The position numbers were made by a program, and so were the translations under genes. Of a stretch of DNA of 64,000 nt, positions 47,274 through 59,554 are shown one piece after another. Within the stretch, counting starts at the first letter, position 1. Each line of letters begins with the position of its first letter. Source of the DNA: Thraustochytrium aureum (Eukaryota); NCBI GenBank assembly GCA_012862495.1, contig BLSG01000078.1, positions 39,063-103,062 of the forward strand, written 5' to 3'. The notes under the pieces are model-generated. The model searched no databases and was not told the DNA's origin. It saw only the letters and a program-made list of their open reading frames with translations.

Positions 47274-47714
47274 ATGGGTTTCTCGCTGTGGTCGCTGTTC
47301 GTGGGCGGCCTGCTCGTGGCCAACGCGCTCGCGATACTGCACGAGGACAGGTTTCTGGCAAAACGTGAGTTGCGGAAGGGAGGCTGCCTGGGGCGGACGT
47401 TGCGGAGGCGCTGGGGTGTGGGGCTGGGCGCCGCGGGCCGGGGACGAGGCTGACGCGGGCGTTTCGGCGGTTGCCACGTGGACGGTTTGATTAGATGACC
47501 TCAATATGGTCGATCACGCCGCGAGCGAACAGGGCAGCTTGAAAGCCCAGCTTGCGGGGATGCTGCACGCCGCGAGGTTTATGCGAAGTAAGTGCTTGGC
47601 GGTGCGCCGGTTGGTGGGCGGCAGCGCGCCCGCGGGACTGACACAAGCCCGGCGACAGTGCCGCTAATCGCGGTGAACTCGCTCGTCATCGTGATGACGC
47701 TGCTCTTTAGTTGA
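47274..47714 (+). CDS. IER3IP1: Yos1/IER3IP1 ER-Golgi transport membrane protein; exons 47274-47364, 47495-47587, 47659-47714
   Basis: Splicing two GT-AG introns with CTGAC branch sites gives MGFSLWSLFVGGLLVANALAILHEDRFLAK-HDLNMVDHAASEQGSLKAQLAGMLHAARFMR-MPLIAVNSLVIVMTLLFS*, which fits the Yos1 signature. Confidence 0.93.
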
Positions 47715-47757
47715 GCGGCGTGCACGCGCGCCGCGCCGAAGGCCCGGCTCGGCTCGG

Positions 47758-48057
47758 CGCTGGCCGAGAGCGTCGATCCGCTATCTATCTACTCGGTGGT
47801 GCAAAATTGCTTCGTGTTTACATGTTGCCTTGCCTCTACTAGAGAAGTTGCCTGGTGCGGATCCCCCGCTGCTCGTCGAGCTAGCTCTGGAGAGAAACAC
47901 GACGGCACAGCCGCTGGCCAAGAGCGAGCGTCGATACTCGGTGGTGCAAAATTACTTAGTGTTCACATGTTGCCTTGTCTCTACTAGAGAAGTTGCCTCG
48001 TGCGGATCCCCCGCGGCTCGTCGAGCTAGCTCTAGAGACAAACACGACGGCACGGCC
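47758..48057. repeat. Tandem duplication, period ~145 bp, two diverged copies
   Basis: tactcggtggtgcaaaatt...ctctactagagaagttgcct...aaacacgacggcac starts at both 47790 and 47935. Confidence 0.92.
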
Positions 48058-48806
48058 TAGAGCAACGCCTCCAGCTCGTCGCGGCCGGAGTCGCGCTCCC
48101 CCTCTTCGCAAAGAAGATAGGCGTCGATCTCCTCCACAATGCTGAGACCCAGTCCCGCAAGCGAGGTGGGGCAGAACGGCGCCGCTTCGTTGCGGATCTG
48201 GGCCGCCGCGACGGGCGCGAGGTCCACCTCGAAATCGATCTCGTCAAACGGGTTGCCCCCAGAGTTGCCCCCGGCCTCGCCGACCCCCGCCGCCGTGCTG
48301 ACTGGGGAGTCCAGCCAGCCGGCCGCCTCCGAAGACGCCAAGGAGGCGCGGTCCGCATCCGCCAGGCTCGCGTCAAAGGGGTTGGACGAGGACCCAGTCG
48401 ACGTCACAGACTCGGCTGGGGCCTACGCGACGCGCAGCTGGAGCTCCCACTGCTCCGGGTGCTCCTGCTGCTACCTCGGGACTCATCAAGGCTCACGGCT
48501 CCCAAGGAAAGCCGAGGCCGGCGATTCGCACGGGCCGCCGAAGTGAGGCTATCCTGAACGGCAGCGTCTTCGGGGGCCTCGGAGGCATCGCTGTTGGCCC
48601 TCGCGGGATGTCTCCCGTACGGCCGGCCCTCTGCGCCGAGGCTGAGCGCGACCTTGTAGGCCTCCTCCGCCGCCGCAATCTCGCCCTGGCCGCGCAGAGC
48701 CGAGCTCAAAGCAAAGTGGGCCTCTGGGACGGTGGGGCGCCGCGCGATGGCTTGTTCGACATCACCGACGGCCAGCGAGTAGAGCTCCTCGTCCAGGCGC
48801 AGCTGT
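48057..48806 (-). CDS. TPR-containing protein, 3' part (5' in gap; probable frameshift near 48410-48540)
   Basis: LAVGDVEQAIARRPTVPEAHFALSSALRGQGEIAAAEEAYKVALSL is TPR-like. The downstream frame 48057-48407 has two NPF motifs. Confidence 0.6.
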
Positions 48807-49681
48807 NNNNNNNNNNNNNNNNNNNNNNNNNNNNNNNNNNNNNNNNNNNNNNNNNNNNNNNNNNNNNNNNNNNNNNNNNNNNNNNNNNNNNNNNNNNNNN
48901 NNNNNNNNNNNNNNNNNNNNNNNNNNNNNNNNNNNNNNNNNNNNNNNNNNNNNNNNNNNNNNNNNNNNNNNNNNNNNNNNNNNNNNNNNNNNNNNNNNNN
49001 NNNNNNNNNNNNNNNNNNNNNNNNNNNNNNNNNNNNNNNNNNNNNNNNNNNNNNNNNNNNNNNNNNNNNNNNNNNNNNNNNNNNNNNNNNNNNNNNNNNN
49101 NNNNNNNNNNNNNNNNNNNNNNNNNNNNNNNNNNNNNNNNNNNNNNNNNNNNNNNNNNNNNNNNNNNNNNNNNNNNNNNNNNNNNNNNNNNNNNNNNNNN
49201 NNNNNNNNNNNNNNNNNNNNNNNNNNNNNNNNNNNNNNNNNNNNNNNNNNNNNNNNNNNNNNNNNNNNNNNNNNNNNNNNNNNNNNNNNNNNNNNNNNNN
49301 NNNNNNNNNNNNNNNNNNNNNNNNNNNNNNNNNNNNNNNNNNNNNNNNNNNNNNNNNNNNNNNNNNNNNNNNNNNNNNNNNNNNNNNNNNNNNNNNNNNN
49401 NNNNNNNNNNNNNNNNNNNNNNNNNNNNNNNNNNNNNNNNNNNNNNNNNNNNNNNNNNNNNNNNNNNNNNNNNNNNNNNNNNNNNNNNNNNNNNNNNNNN
49501 NNNNNNNNNNNNNNNNNNNNNNNNNNNNNNNNNNNNNNNNNNNNNNNNNNNNNNNNNNNNNNNNNNNNNNNNNNNNNNNNNNNNNNNNNNNNNNNNNNNN
49601 NNNNNNNNNNNNNNNNNNNNNNNNNNNNNNNNNNNNNNNNNNGCGCTGGTGCTTGCTTGCAGGCCCTGTGAGGTTTGCTGA

Positions 49682-50206
49682 CAGTTTGCGCCCGACCGAA
49701 CACTCGGCAGGCCCAAGTCGCTCAAGGAGGAGAACCGCGAGCAGCTCTTCGAGGACCCCGCTGAGGGGGGCCAAGTCGACTGCGCCAAGGAAGTAAAGCG
49801 CATTTGCCGCATGCTAATTGAGCGGTACCAAGGTTTCCTCGCGCTGCTGGCCGACATGGACGCAGCGCCGGAAAAGTGCAAGGCAGAAGCAGAGGCGTTC
49901 GAGACCATCTACATCAACCTTTTGTACCTCGTCAACCAGCTCAGGCCCGCCCAAGGGCGGCAGATTCTGATCGACAGGCTGCGCAAGCAAGTCGACGAGC
50001 GCCGAGCCACGTGCGAGCGGCTCCGCGCACTAGTCCGTGAGGGGGAAGCCGTCGTGCAGCAAGCCCTCTCCAAGTGTGGGGCCAGCGACGCGGAGCCTGG
50101 TGCGGGGACCGCGTCGGACCCCGACGGCGACCAGTCCATGGCAGAGCCCGCCGCTCCCTCGCACCACGCCCCCCTGAACGTTTTTGACCTTGCGAAGGGC
50201 GCATAA
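49682..50206 (+). CDS. MED7: Mediator subunit 7 (5' end in gap)
   Basis: DCAKEVKRICRMLIERYQGFL...FETIYINLLYLVNQLRPAQGRQILIDRLRKQVDERR matches the MED7 pattern LFINxHHLINExRPHQARETL. Confidence 0.85.
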   Translation, partial: QFAPDRTLGRPKSLKEENREQLFEDPAEGGQVDCAKEVKRICRMLIERYQGFLALLADMDAAPEKCKAEAEAFETIYINLLYLVNQLRPAQGRQILIDRLRKQVDERRATCERLRALVREGEAVVQQALSKCGASDAEPGAGTASDPDGDQSMAEPAAPSHHAPLNVFDLAKGA

Positions 50207-50458
50207 CCTCTTCGTCGGCTCGTTTGCCGCGAGGCGCATCTCTGCGTCGTCTGCCTCTTGTCCCTCAATTGATAAAAAGCCATCGAAGTCCAAACTACAT
50301 AATTAGCTACGTACAGTCGGGCGGCGGCGACCTGTCCGCTGCCTCTCCCTTGCCCCAAGGTGGCGATTTTACTTGAAACATGCCAGGGCCCGGCGGCAGC
50401 GCACTCGCCGTGCCGGCGAACACACAAGAGTGTGGATGCGGCTGCCCCGGGCACCGTC

Positions 50459-51053
50459 TCACTCGGGCGAAAACCCGCGCCGGCTAGAAGCGGCCGTCGA
50501 CGCGCTGCCAATCGCAAAAGTAGCCGCCGAGCCAGCGCCGTCCAGGGAATCCAATAGCAAGTCCTCCTCGAAAAACAACTCCTCGGCGCAGACCGGGCAG
50601 GCCGTCTTGCCGCTTCGCTCACGCCACGCAACCAAGCAGGCGACGTGGAGGCTGTTGCGGTTCACGCCACACCGGCACAGCGTTCGCGCCTCTGGGGCGT
50701 CAGCGGAAAACCCGTCCAGGCACAGAATGCACTCTCTAGGCGCCGAGTCCTGCTCCTCGAGGATGCGGCGCAGCGACATCCGCATGTACTGCTTTTCATC
50801 CTCGACCGACGGCGGGCGCGACGAGAACCAGCTCTTCATCTTCTCCTCGGCAGCTGCTGCGTAAGCGCTCGCTGCAAACGGGACAGGCGCGGTCGCGTCT
50901 CGCTCGCCGTTGTCCAGCGCCACGTAGTCGGCCTCCGGCGAGTCGCCGAGCCGCTGCCTGCGCCGCCGACGGCCCCGCGCTGCACCAAGCCGCTGCTGCA
51001 GCTCGTGCGCATGGCGGGCCTCGTCGCGGGACGGGCAATCGCAGCAGCACGGC
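50459..51053 (-). CDS. RING-finger (C4HC3/RINGv-like) E3 ligase, 3' part; 5' end in or beyond gap
   Basis: The RING motif is ECILCLDGF...LCRCG...LHVACLVAWRERSGKTACPVC. A Cys cluster PCCCDC lies upstream. Confidence 0.8.
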
Positions 51054-52368
51054 NNNNNNNNNNNNNNNNNNNNNNNNNNNNNNNNNNNNNNNNNNNNNNN
51101 NNNNNNNNNNNNNNNNNNNNNNNNNNNNNNNNNNNNNNNNNNNNNNNNNNNNNNNNNNNNNNNNNNNNNNNNNNNNNNNNNNNNNNNNNNNNNNNNNNNN
51201 NNNNNNNNNNNNNNNNNNNNNNNNNNNNNNNNNNNNNNNNNNNNNNNNNNNNNNNNNNNNNNNNNNNNNNNNNNNNNNNNNNNNNNNNNNNNNNNNNNNN
51301 NNNNNNNNNNNNNNNNNNNNNNNNNNNNNNNNNNNNNNNNNNNNNNNNNNNNNNNNNNNNNNNNNNNNNNNNNNNNNNNNNNNNNNNNNNNNNNNNNNNN
51401 NNCCCACCGGCCCAAGCCCGGCGCCGCCCGAGCGCGCCGACTCCAGGCAGCACAGCCCGGTACCGCTCGGCCCGCTCGCGCCTTGGCGGAGTGCGCGAGG
51501 GAAGGGCGGCGTGGGTGGGCAAACCGGGCTGAGGCGGAGTCGCTCGACGCAAGTGCGAGAGGGGTGGGTCGGTACGTCAAGCGCGGCACGCCCGTCCTTG
51601 CCCGACAACCAGCGCACGCGCTCCAGGGCAGGCGGAGGCGGGGCTTTGCCAACCCTTCGACCTCGGGCTCGAACGCGCTCGATGCGGCAAGCCAGACAGA
51701 CGGCCAGGGCGGCCCTGCCCAGGCCCGTCCAATCCCGACTCTGGACGCTTTCTCGCGAGCTCCTTCCACCGCCACACCTCCTCGGGCAAATACACGAATA
51801 TCGGATAAATAATTTTAGTTAAAAACCCTAACATATTTCCTTCCAACATGTACGGTATTATCCCGACATATGTGCATATATTGCGCTCATACACCACACC
51901 ACCGGGAAAATCCATCGGGATAACCCCGCAGATACGCTCAAGGTAGCCCGCGATCATCGGTAAAATAGCAATTATTGACCGGCGATGTGCTTGTATTGGC
52001 GCTCTGCCGCTCTCGCTATCGGATGATGCATTTTGCTCAACGGATCGATCGAAGAGGCACGGCGCAGAGCCGCAACGCGCTGCGAGCGCGCGGTGGGGGC
52101 GGCGGCCTGCGTGGATAGAGCTGCGGACGGCTCTCCAGGGCCACGGGAGGTTTTGGTCGGCCCGGCGGCTCAGAAGGGGCTGTTCTGGCCAGGATTGGTT
52201 CGGTGGGTGGGTGGGTGGGTGGGCGGTTTTGTGGACGGACGCGCGCGAGCTCGCGAGCTCCAGACGCGACACAGGCCGAGCAAGGCCTTGGGCGCGGCGC
52301 CCGCGTGCGGCGGCGGTGCTGCACGCGAGGGGGTACTTCGAGTCGCGCGGATTGGCGCCGGCTTGGGA

Positions 52369-55300
52369 ATGCCGCTTAGGGCAGGTGGGCGCTTGTCTGA
52401 GCTGGAGAAGCAGACGGCCAAGCTTGTGCAGGAGGCGAAGAGCTCGGTGCGGTTTGCTCGGAAACCCAAGAGCAAGAAGAGGAAGCGTGCGCCGGGCGCG
52501 GCTGACCAGGAGGACGGGGCCGCTGCCCCGAGCCCGCCACAACCCACCTTAGACGGCGCTGCCGCGCAGCTTCTCGGACTTGAGGCAACGAAAACCTTCG
52601 CCCTAGACGATCACGACAATGGTCAATCACTTGCCGACTCTGTTGAGAATCTACCGGAGGGAGACAAGAGCTGGAGCAATGCATTAGAACAAGCCTCCGA
52701 ACCAGAAGAACCAGTGGATTCCCACCACCAAACGGAGGACACTGACGCTGCAGTTGGGAATTCCAAAGCATCCGCTCAGGGCGAGGGCGTGGAGCCCGCG
52801 CCAACCAACTTGCTTTCTATTGTGGCCCGGGAAACGGGCCAGTCTGGGCTCCAGGCAGACCTTCTCCAACTTGACGACGAGTTCTGGGACGTCGAGGACA
52901 AAGACGGCGAAGAAAACGAAACCAAGCACGAGACAAAGCGCACGGCCGCGAGCACGAAACGCAAGCGCCGCCAACCAAGCAGAAAGCGCAAGCAGACAGA
53001 CGGCGCTGAGACAGTGGAGCGCACCAGCCGGCAGCCGGACCGCGATGCAGAGGAAAAGGCTGAAGGAGTTGCTACCACGTCGCCGAAACGCCGCACGCAC
53101 CCAAAATTGCTTGATGCCACGCCACTGGCAGAAACAGTCAAGCTCGGAGACGAGGATGCAGATGATGACGTCAAAGCTGAGCAAGAGTCGCGGCGGCAGA
53201 CACTTTTGGCAAGCCAAACCAAAAAGACCTTCTCGCAAAGGTCTACGCAGAGGAGCGCGCGGTGCGCGACCTCCCATTTGCCGAAGAAGCGGAGCGCGTC
53301 GCACTGCAGATCGATGATTTCGTCCCAGACGTGCAAGCCACAGCAGAGGAAATTGAGCGCCAACGCCAGCTCCTCGACAAAGCGGAACGCGGCGAGGCGC
53401 AGCGACGAAGCGAGCAGGAGCACCTTATAAAGCAACGCCTCCTGCGCGAGAAGGAGCTCAAGGAGCGCAGGGCAGCGCAAAACATCCAGCGAATCGCGCG
53501 CGGTCGTATGGGTCGGCAGCGCGCAGCTCAAGTGGCGCAAGCTGGAGGCCTTGCAGAGCTCGACAGGCAAACTGAGCGCGAGCGCGCTTCTGAGGCGGCC
53601 CTTGCCCTTGCAAAACAAGTCTGGAAGCAGGTGCATGATCCCGAGACAGGCGACACCTGGTACTACAACACCGCCACTGGGGCGAGCCAATGGGACCTCC
53701 CGGCAGAGCTAGGGCCCCGAAAGACCGCCAACGACGATCTCAACATCGATGTCGGCCGAGACCACGCGATGGTGGCTACAGCTAGCAGCTCGCGAGCCGA
53801 GACAGCGTCGACGCGACTCCCGCCGCTCTCTCCGACAAAGTCGCGCTCCGGTTCGGGACTGACTCCAGCAAACAGCACGCTCCAAACCCTTGGCGAGGGA
53901 TCGCAAGGAGCACGTCTTGCAGCTCAACAGGGTGACCCCTTCGATTGGTTGCCCACTTCCTCCTCGCTCAGTGTACGGACAGAGTCAATGACGCCGTTCG
54001 GGCCTGGGGTGGACGGCCCACGACTGGCCTGTCTGGAACGAGAGCCGGACTTCAAAGCCGCGGAGGGCTATTGACGCGGGGCTCGGTGACTTCCGAGTCC
54101 AGCTCGGGCACGTTTGACCAGCTCCCTCCGATCACGCCGAGTGCCAAGGCGAGCCGCGAACCGTACCCCGGCTTCTCGCGCGTTATCGACGAGGCTGACG
54201 ATCTGGACTACCTAGCAACCGACAGCCATGGCGGCAACGACGGCGCAAGCTCTGAGGGCACTGACGGCTTTGCCACAGAGGGAGAGGATGATCTCGAAGA
54301 TGGCGTTCTCCTTGTGGACTTTGAGCCGCGGCCAAACGTGAAGACACCGCAAAGCCAGGACACCGCGCGCCCTTTGACGGAAGAGTCCGCAGCAGCGTCG
54401 CAATGCGACTCAGACACGAGCAGCGTTGGCGTGTGGGGCGACACTTCTGAAACGCCGCGCTTTTTTCTTCCAGATGGAACGACCGATGTCAAGTTGCGGG
54501 AAACGGTGCGCAATGCTTTGCGGCAAACAAAATTTGACTCGGTTTCGACGCTCATGTCTAACATGGCGCAAGAGGCGACCGCGGCGCGAAGGGCGGCGCG
54601 AAGGGAGCGCATCCAGCGGGCCGCGCCCCTCTCGAAGACAGCCGACTGCGCCGGCAACAGAATCAGCAACAACAACAACAACGAGGACGAGGAGGACCTG
54701 CACAGAAATGACTCCAGCGATGGGTGCCACGCGATCAAAAGGTCGCGCGGGCTAAAGGTTTCCGCCGGGAAAGACCAAGCCAACGACCTCAGCAAAGCTG
54801 TTGTCGCTTGTGCAGCCCTCAACAACGTGCAGCCTGCGTTTGTCTCGGCGGCCAGTCTCAAATCGAAGCGCAAACCGCCACGGAAGCGGCGCGAAAGGCA
54901 CGGCCGGGTGGATGCAGAGGAACACAAGTATGCTGATGGAGAGATGTATGAGGAAGACCGCGCTGCGGATCTGGAGCGCGAGCAGTTTGACGGCGACGAG
55001 CCCATTGATCTCAGCAAGGGCCCTCCTGCTATTTTTGCGATCCCGCACGCAGGGTCTACTTTGGACGACATTCAAACCAAGCAAGAGTTGCGCGAAATGC
55101 GCGCTGCCTCGCCGACCAGCCCGAAGCTGGGCACCGCTCCAGATGAAGCGTTCCCAACCGCAGTTGGTGCAGACGGCAAGGAGATCTGCTTTCTTTGCTG
55201 GTGCTCGGGCGACGACGTAGTACACCGGTGCAACCAGCATAAAGGCCCGAGCGGAGACAGCAAGGAGGCCCCGCAGCATAGCGTTTTGACGTGTGCCAAC

Positions 55301-58300
55301 TGGAACCTTGGTGCACTGCAGCGTAAATTTCGCTCTGAGGAGATTCAGGAGCTCTTTGCCAAAGCCAACTCGTCCCTGCGATGGGACGTCAACCGGAAGC
55401 GGTTCGTCACCGTCGTGCAGGCCAAGCACCCAGTGTACCGCGCGGCCTTTGAAGAGCTCGATGCGTTTAATCGCAAGTCACGCGGCCGCGTGCGCGTTAT
55501 GAAGTGGTTCGAGAGCGTGCTTGATCAGCTGCGCCTTGGCAAGGTGCGGGGCGAGGCCGCAGCGCGCAAAGGGGGGCTTCTAAAGGCCAAGGAGACCATC
55601 ATGAACAACAGGTACATCCGCAAGTTCAAGGACACGGTTGTCCTCCTCGAGCCTCGAGCGCCGGTAACCCCAGACGATATTATGTTGGCCGGCAAGGTGG
55701 ATCTCGAAGCGGGATATAAGATCATGCGCCGCCAAGAAGGAGGCGCGAAAAGGCAGGCACTCTACATCAAGACGCCCACGGCCAAGCCGTACCTCTTGTA
55801 CGCCCCACGAGAATTTGGCAAGCTCGCCTCCCCACGGCACGGCCGGGTGCCGCCTCCGTCCTTTTCTTTTGTCGCGGAGGCGGACGAAGCTCTCGCCCAA
55901 AAGCGGCGGCTGAAGCAGCGACGACGTCGGGAGCGAATCGAAGCTGCAGGCGAAGGGGGCGCATCGGAGTCCGATTGGGCCGCTCACCGCTACGACTCTG
56001 ACAACGACGACGACGACGACGACGGGGACAATCGAGGCGGCACCCTTAACTTGCTCAAGGGAACTGCAGTCAACGCATTCATGGACGTCGACCTGGCCGG
56101 CTCGTGGCTCGAGCGACTGGCATCTCACACGGCGAGATCAGCCACAGACAAGGCGGTGAAGGAGATCAGGGACCAAATCCCGCAAGTGGCTCGCTTGCGC
56201 ACCAAGCACCCGCCTCCAACGACAACAAAGTTTGCGACCTTCCTGCGCCGCCAAGTGCCTGAAGGCGAGCCGCGCCGGGGTGTCACAGTTCCGCCCATGA
56301 TGGCCATCCTCTCGCAGAACGTCACGACGGCGATCAGCGCTCAGTACGGCAAGTATGTCGTGACGTCAAAGACGAGCATGGCCCCAGATAAGAAGCGCTA
56401 TGATGATTTCGAAGACGAGGACGGCTTTGTCGACCCCGACCTAACTTTCCACTCGTGCGAGCCTTCGATGTCGACGTCGCTTGGCCGCACGTACGAGCCA
56501 CTCGTGTCAGTGCTAAACACGCGCGTCGCCCCAGGAATCGTGTGCAGCGCTGGGGTGCACGAGCAGCTCGTTCACGAGAGAGAGCGCGACAAGGAGCGCA
56601 TTGAGGCTGAGCTCGCTGCACGCGTCAAGCAAGGCAAGATCACTGTCAAAGAGCATCAAGCACTGTGGAAGCGTTTCGAGACGGAGGAGTACAAGGTTCC
56701 CATAAAGGACTCCTCGCGACGCCATCATCATGGGGCGAATCGCGAAGCGCAGACGGGCGAGTCCCACGACGCTGGCTTTCGAACGACCACCGCTGTGCCG
56801 GGGCCTCTCGTGGTTGGCTCGTTTGAGACCGTAGAGTTTACTCCTTCGGGCGATATTGCGGTGCCCAACGCGCCCGGGATTCGAGGCGCAATCACGACGC
56901 GGGCGGGCGTTGACTACCCGTTTTGCATTCCATCAACGCGAGAGCTGACACTGCTCGACCACTTTCACATGCTCGTTTTCACAAACGTGACGGGAAACTC
57001 GTCATGCTGCTTTACAACGCTGGGTCGCCAGGACCCGGGGCTGTATATGATGCGCAACGACCACAAGGCCCCATTGGGCGTGCTTGAAATGCGCGTCTAC
57101 CGCTCGTTCGCCTACTTTCAGCTGCCGCACATCGAGGAGTACACCAACGCGGAAGGGCACACTTATTGGTACAACCGCAAGACCGGCGAGACGTTCTGGG
57201 AGTCGCCCTTTGTCGATCTGGACAAACTGGACGAGGACGACACAGACCGGCCACTGATCGAAGACCCGCTCAAGTCGATCGCAAAACACGAGCGCAAAAA
57301 GTACAGCGACACGCTCGGCGCCGTGCGAAAGCCTCCGAGCGAGCTCAGAATGCGCCAGCACATGCTCCGCGACTACGAAGAAGAGAACGAGGCGCCCAAC
57401 GAAAGCGCCAAAGCGGCAGAGCCCACCGAGCAATCCCGTGCGATGGCGCGCGCGGAAGAAAAGCGCAAAGCTCAAGAGAAGCGATACCGCGACCGCGTCG
57501 GCCAAACAAACATCCTCAAAGGAACCGCTCCGCTCGGGTCGCTCGAAGGGAAACGGACGCTCACGCCCGAGTCAAGCGCAAATGGAGACCCTGGCGACGG
57601 CGACGGCGGATCGTTGCCCGTCGCTGCGAGACGCCGCACATCAAAGACAGCGGCTCAACGGAAACGATCAAGCAAGCCTTCGGGCCGCCCGGAAAGCGGC
57701 GGCGAAAGAGACAATGCCAGGACGCGCTCCTCGCACCACGCCGCCGATGTCGCACCTTCCGGAGCTGCAAGCCCGCTGCTTGCCGAGGGCCGTTCAAGTA
57801 AGGGGACCGGGCCAACGCCGTCGCGCCGCCCAGCGAACCCGCGGACACTGAGCGCGACTCGTACTGCGAAGAGTCAAGCGAAGACCACGCCAATGAGCAC
57901 CTTGCGCTGATCTCGACGATCCAGACAGCCCTCAAGTCTGTCATGCAAGGCAATGGGGCGCAAGGCACTACGCCCATGTCAAGCGAGGATCTGCTCAAGC
58001 TTGGCGTCGGTCTCGGTCTTGGAATTGGTCTCGGCAAGAAGCAGCAGCAGCAGCAAAAGNNNNNNNNNNNNNNNNNNNNNNNNNNNNNNNNNNNNNNNNN
58101 NNNNNNNNNNNNNNNNNNNNNNNNNNNNNNNNNNNNNNNNNNNNNNNNNNNNNNNNNNNNNNNNNNNNNNNNNNNNNNNNNNNNNNNNNNNNNNNNNNNN
58201 NNNNNNNNNNNNNNNNNNNNNNNNNNNNNNNNNNNNNNNNNNNNNNNNNNNNNNNNNNNNNNNTCGTCCTCGGTTGCAATGTCGAGCCGTCAGAGCGTCA

Positions 58301-59295
58301 GCGCAGCAGCTGGAGCCTCTTCGGAATGCCTGGTGGTACCAACTCCGCGCCACAGGGGCCCGTTCAGCGAGTCAGCCAGCTTGCCCGCGTCTACCGAGGC
58401 GGCCCTTATGCCGACCCCGACGCCCGACGAAGAGGCAATCTCGTACGATGTAGCTCAAGACGTTGACGAGGACGTCGGTCCTGGCGCGGCATCGGACGAG
58501 GTGGCTCGATTTTCCACGCATGAACCTGCTGGCCAAGGTGTGAGCTGGGCACCTATGGGCACCGCCCAAGCCAAGGCGCGTGGCAAACTAATCAAGAGCG
58601 CTGCGGCGCTGCCGGAGGGGTTTGTCAACTCGATTTTCAAAGCCCACACTGCAAAGCAGCACGCCGACTATTTGCCATCAAACCCAAACCTCAACGAGGC
58701 GCGCTCCGTCGGCGTTGTCAAGCCGCGCAACATTTTACAAGACTGGGACAAGGCTGCCTTTGACCCCTGGTCCAACGGCCGCGACCAGTACAGCACCTCC
58801 TTTGTGCCCTCGCTTTTCGCGAATGAGACGGGGCCCTCTGACGAGAGTGGAGCGGAGTTCGCTGACCGCGCAGGGCTCCAGGACCAACGCACAAAGATCG
58901 ACGACGATAATCGCGCTGCTGAGGAGCTCGAGCAGCTATTTTCGCTCACGCGGCACGGCCGCTACGAAGAGGTCGACGCCAGGCTCACCGACCCTGACTG
59001 CCCTCTGACCTCGATTGACCAGCGTGACGCGCTTGGGAACACGCTGCTCCTTGTGGCTGCGCAGAACGGCAACAAACGCATTCTCAAGCTTTGCTTGCGG
59101 CGCGGAGCGGACCCCAACCTGCAAAACACCAGCGGCAACGCCGCGCTCCACTACTCTATTGCCTACTCCTGGGATGCGATTACGGACTATCTGCTCAACA
59201 AGGTCGGTGTGGACGACTCTCTGCTCAACGCGGATGGCCTCTCCCCGTACGAGTGCCAGGGCGGCCTGACGCTTGCTGACCTCGAGGGGCTCTAG
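52369..59295 (+). CDS. Giant IQ/WW/ankyrin-repeat protein; frameshifts near 53260, 54000 and 57640; gap 58060-58263
   Basis: Overlapping ORFs give an IQ motif (NIQRIARG) and two WW domains (WKQVHDPETGDTWYYNTATGASQWDLP; YWYNRKTGETFWESP). C-terminal ankyrin repeats follow (GNTLLLVAAQNGNKRILKLCLRRGADPNLQNTSGNAALHY). Confidence 0.82.
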
Positions 59296-59489
59296 AGCTA
59301 GCTGATTTTTTCTAAAGAAGAAGACTTCACGCGTGCAATTCGTCTCCATGGTCGACCGGCCTGCAAATGGTAAACCTCCAGCCTGGCTGAGCCAGCACGC
59401 GGTGCGAGTACTCGAGTGCATGCCCGAGTAGGAATGTACGCTGCACCTGCGAAGCGAAGACCGAGCGAAAGCAAGGAAGAAAACAGAAT

Positions 59490-59536
59490 CCGTCTTTTAG
59501 CGTCGCGTACAGTAACAACCCAACCAAATGGAGTAC
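59490..59536. repeat. Dispersed ~45-bp element, copy C
   Basis: ccgtcttttagcgtcgcgtacagtaacaacccaaccaaatggagtac. Confidence 0.85.
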
Positions 59537-59554
59537 CATCGATGGATCGATCAT

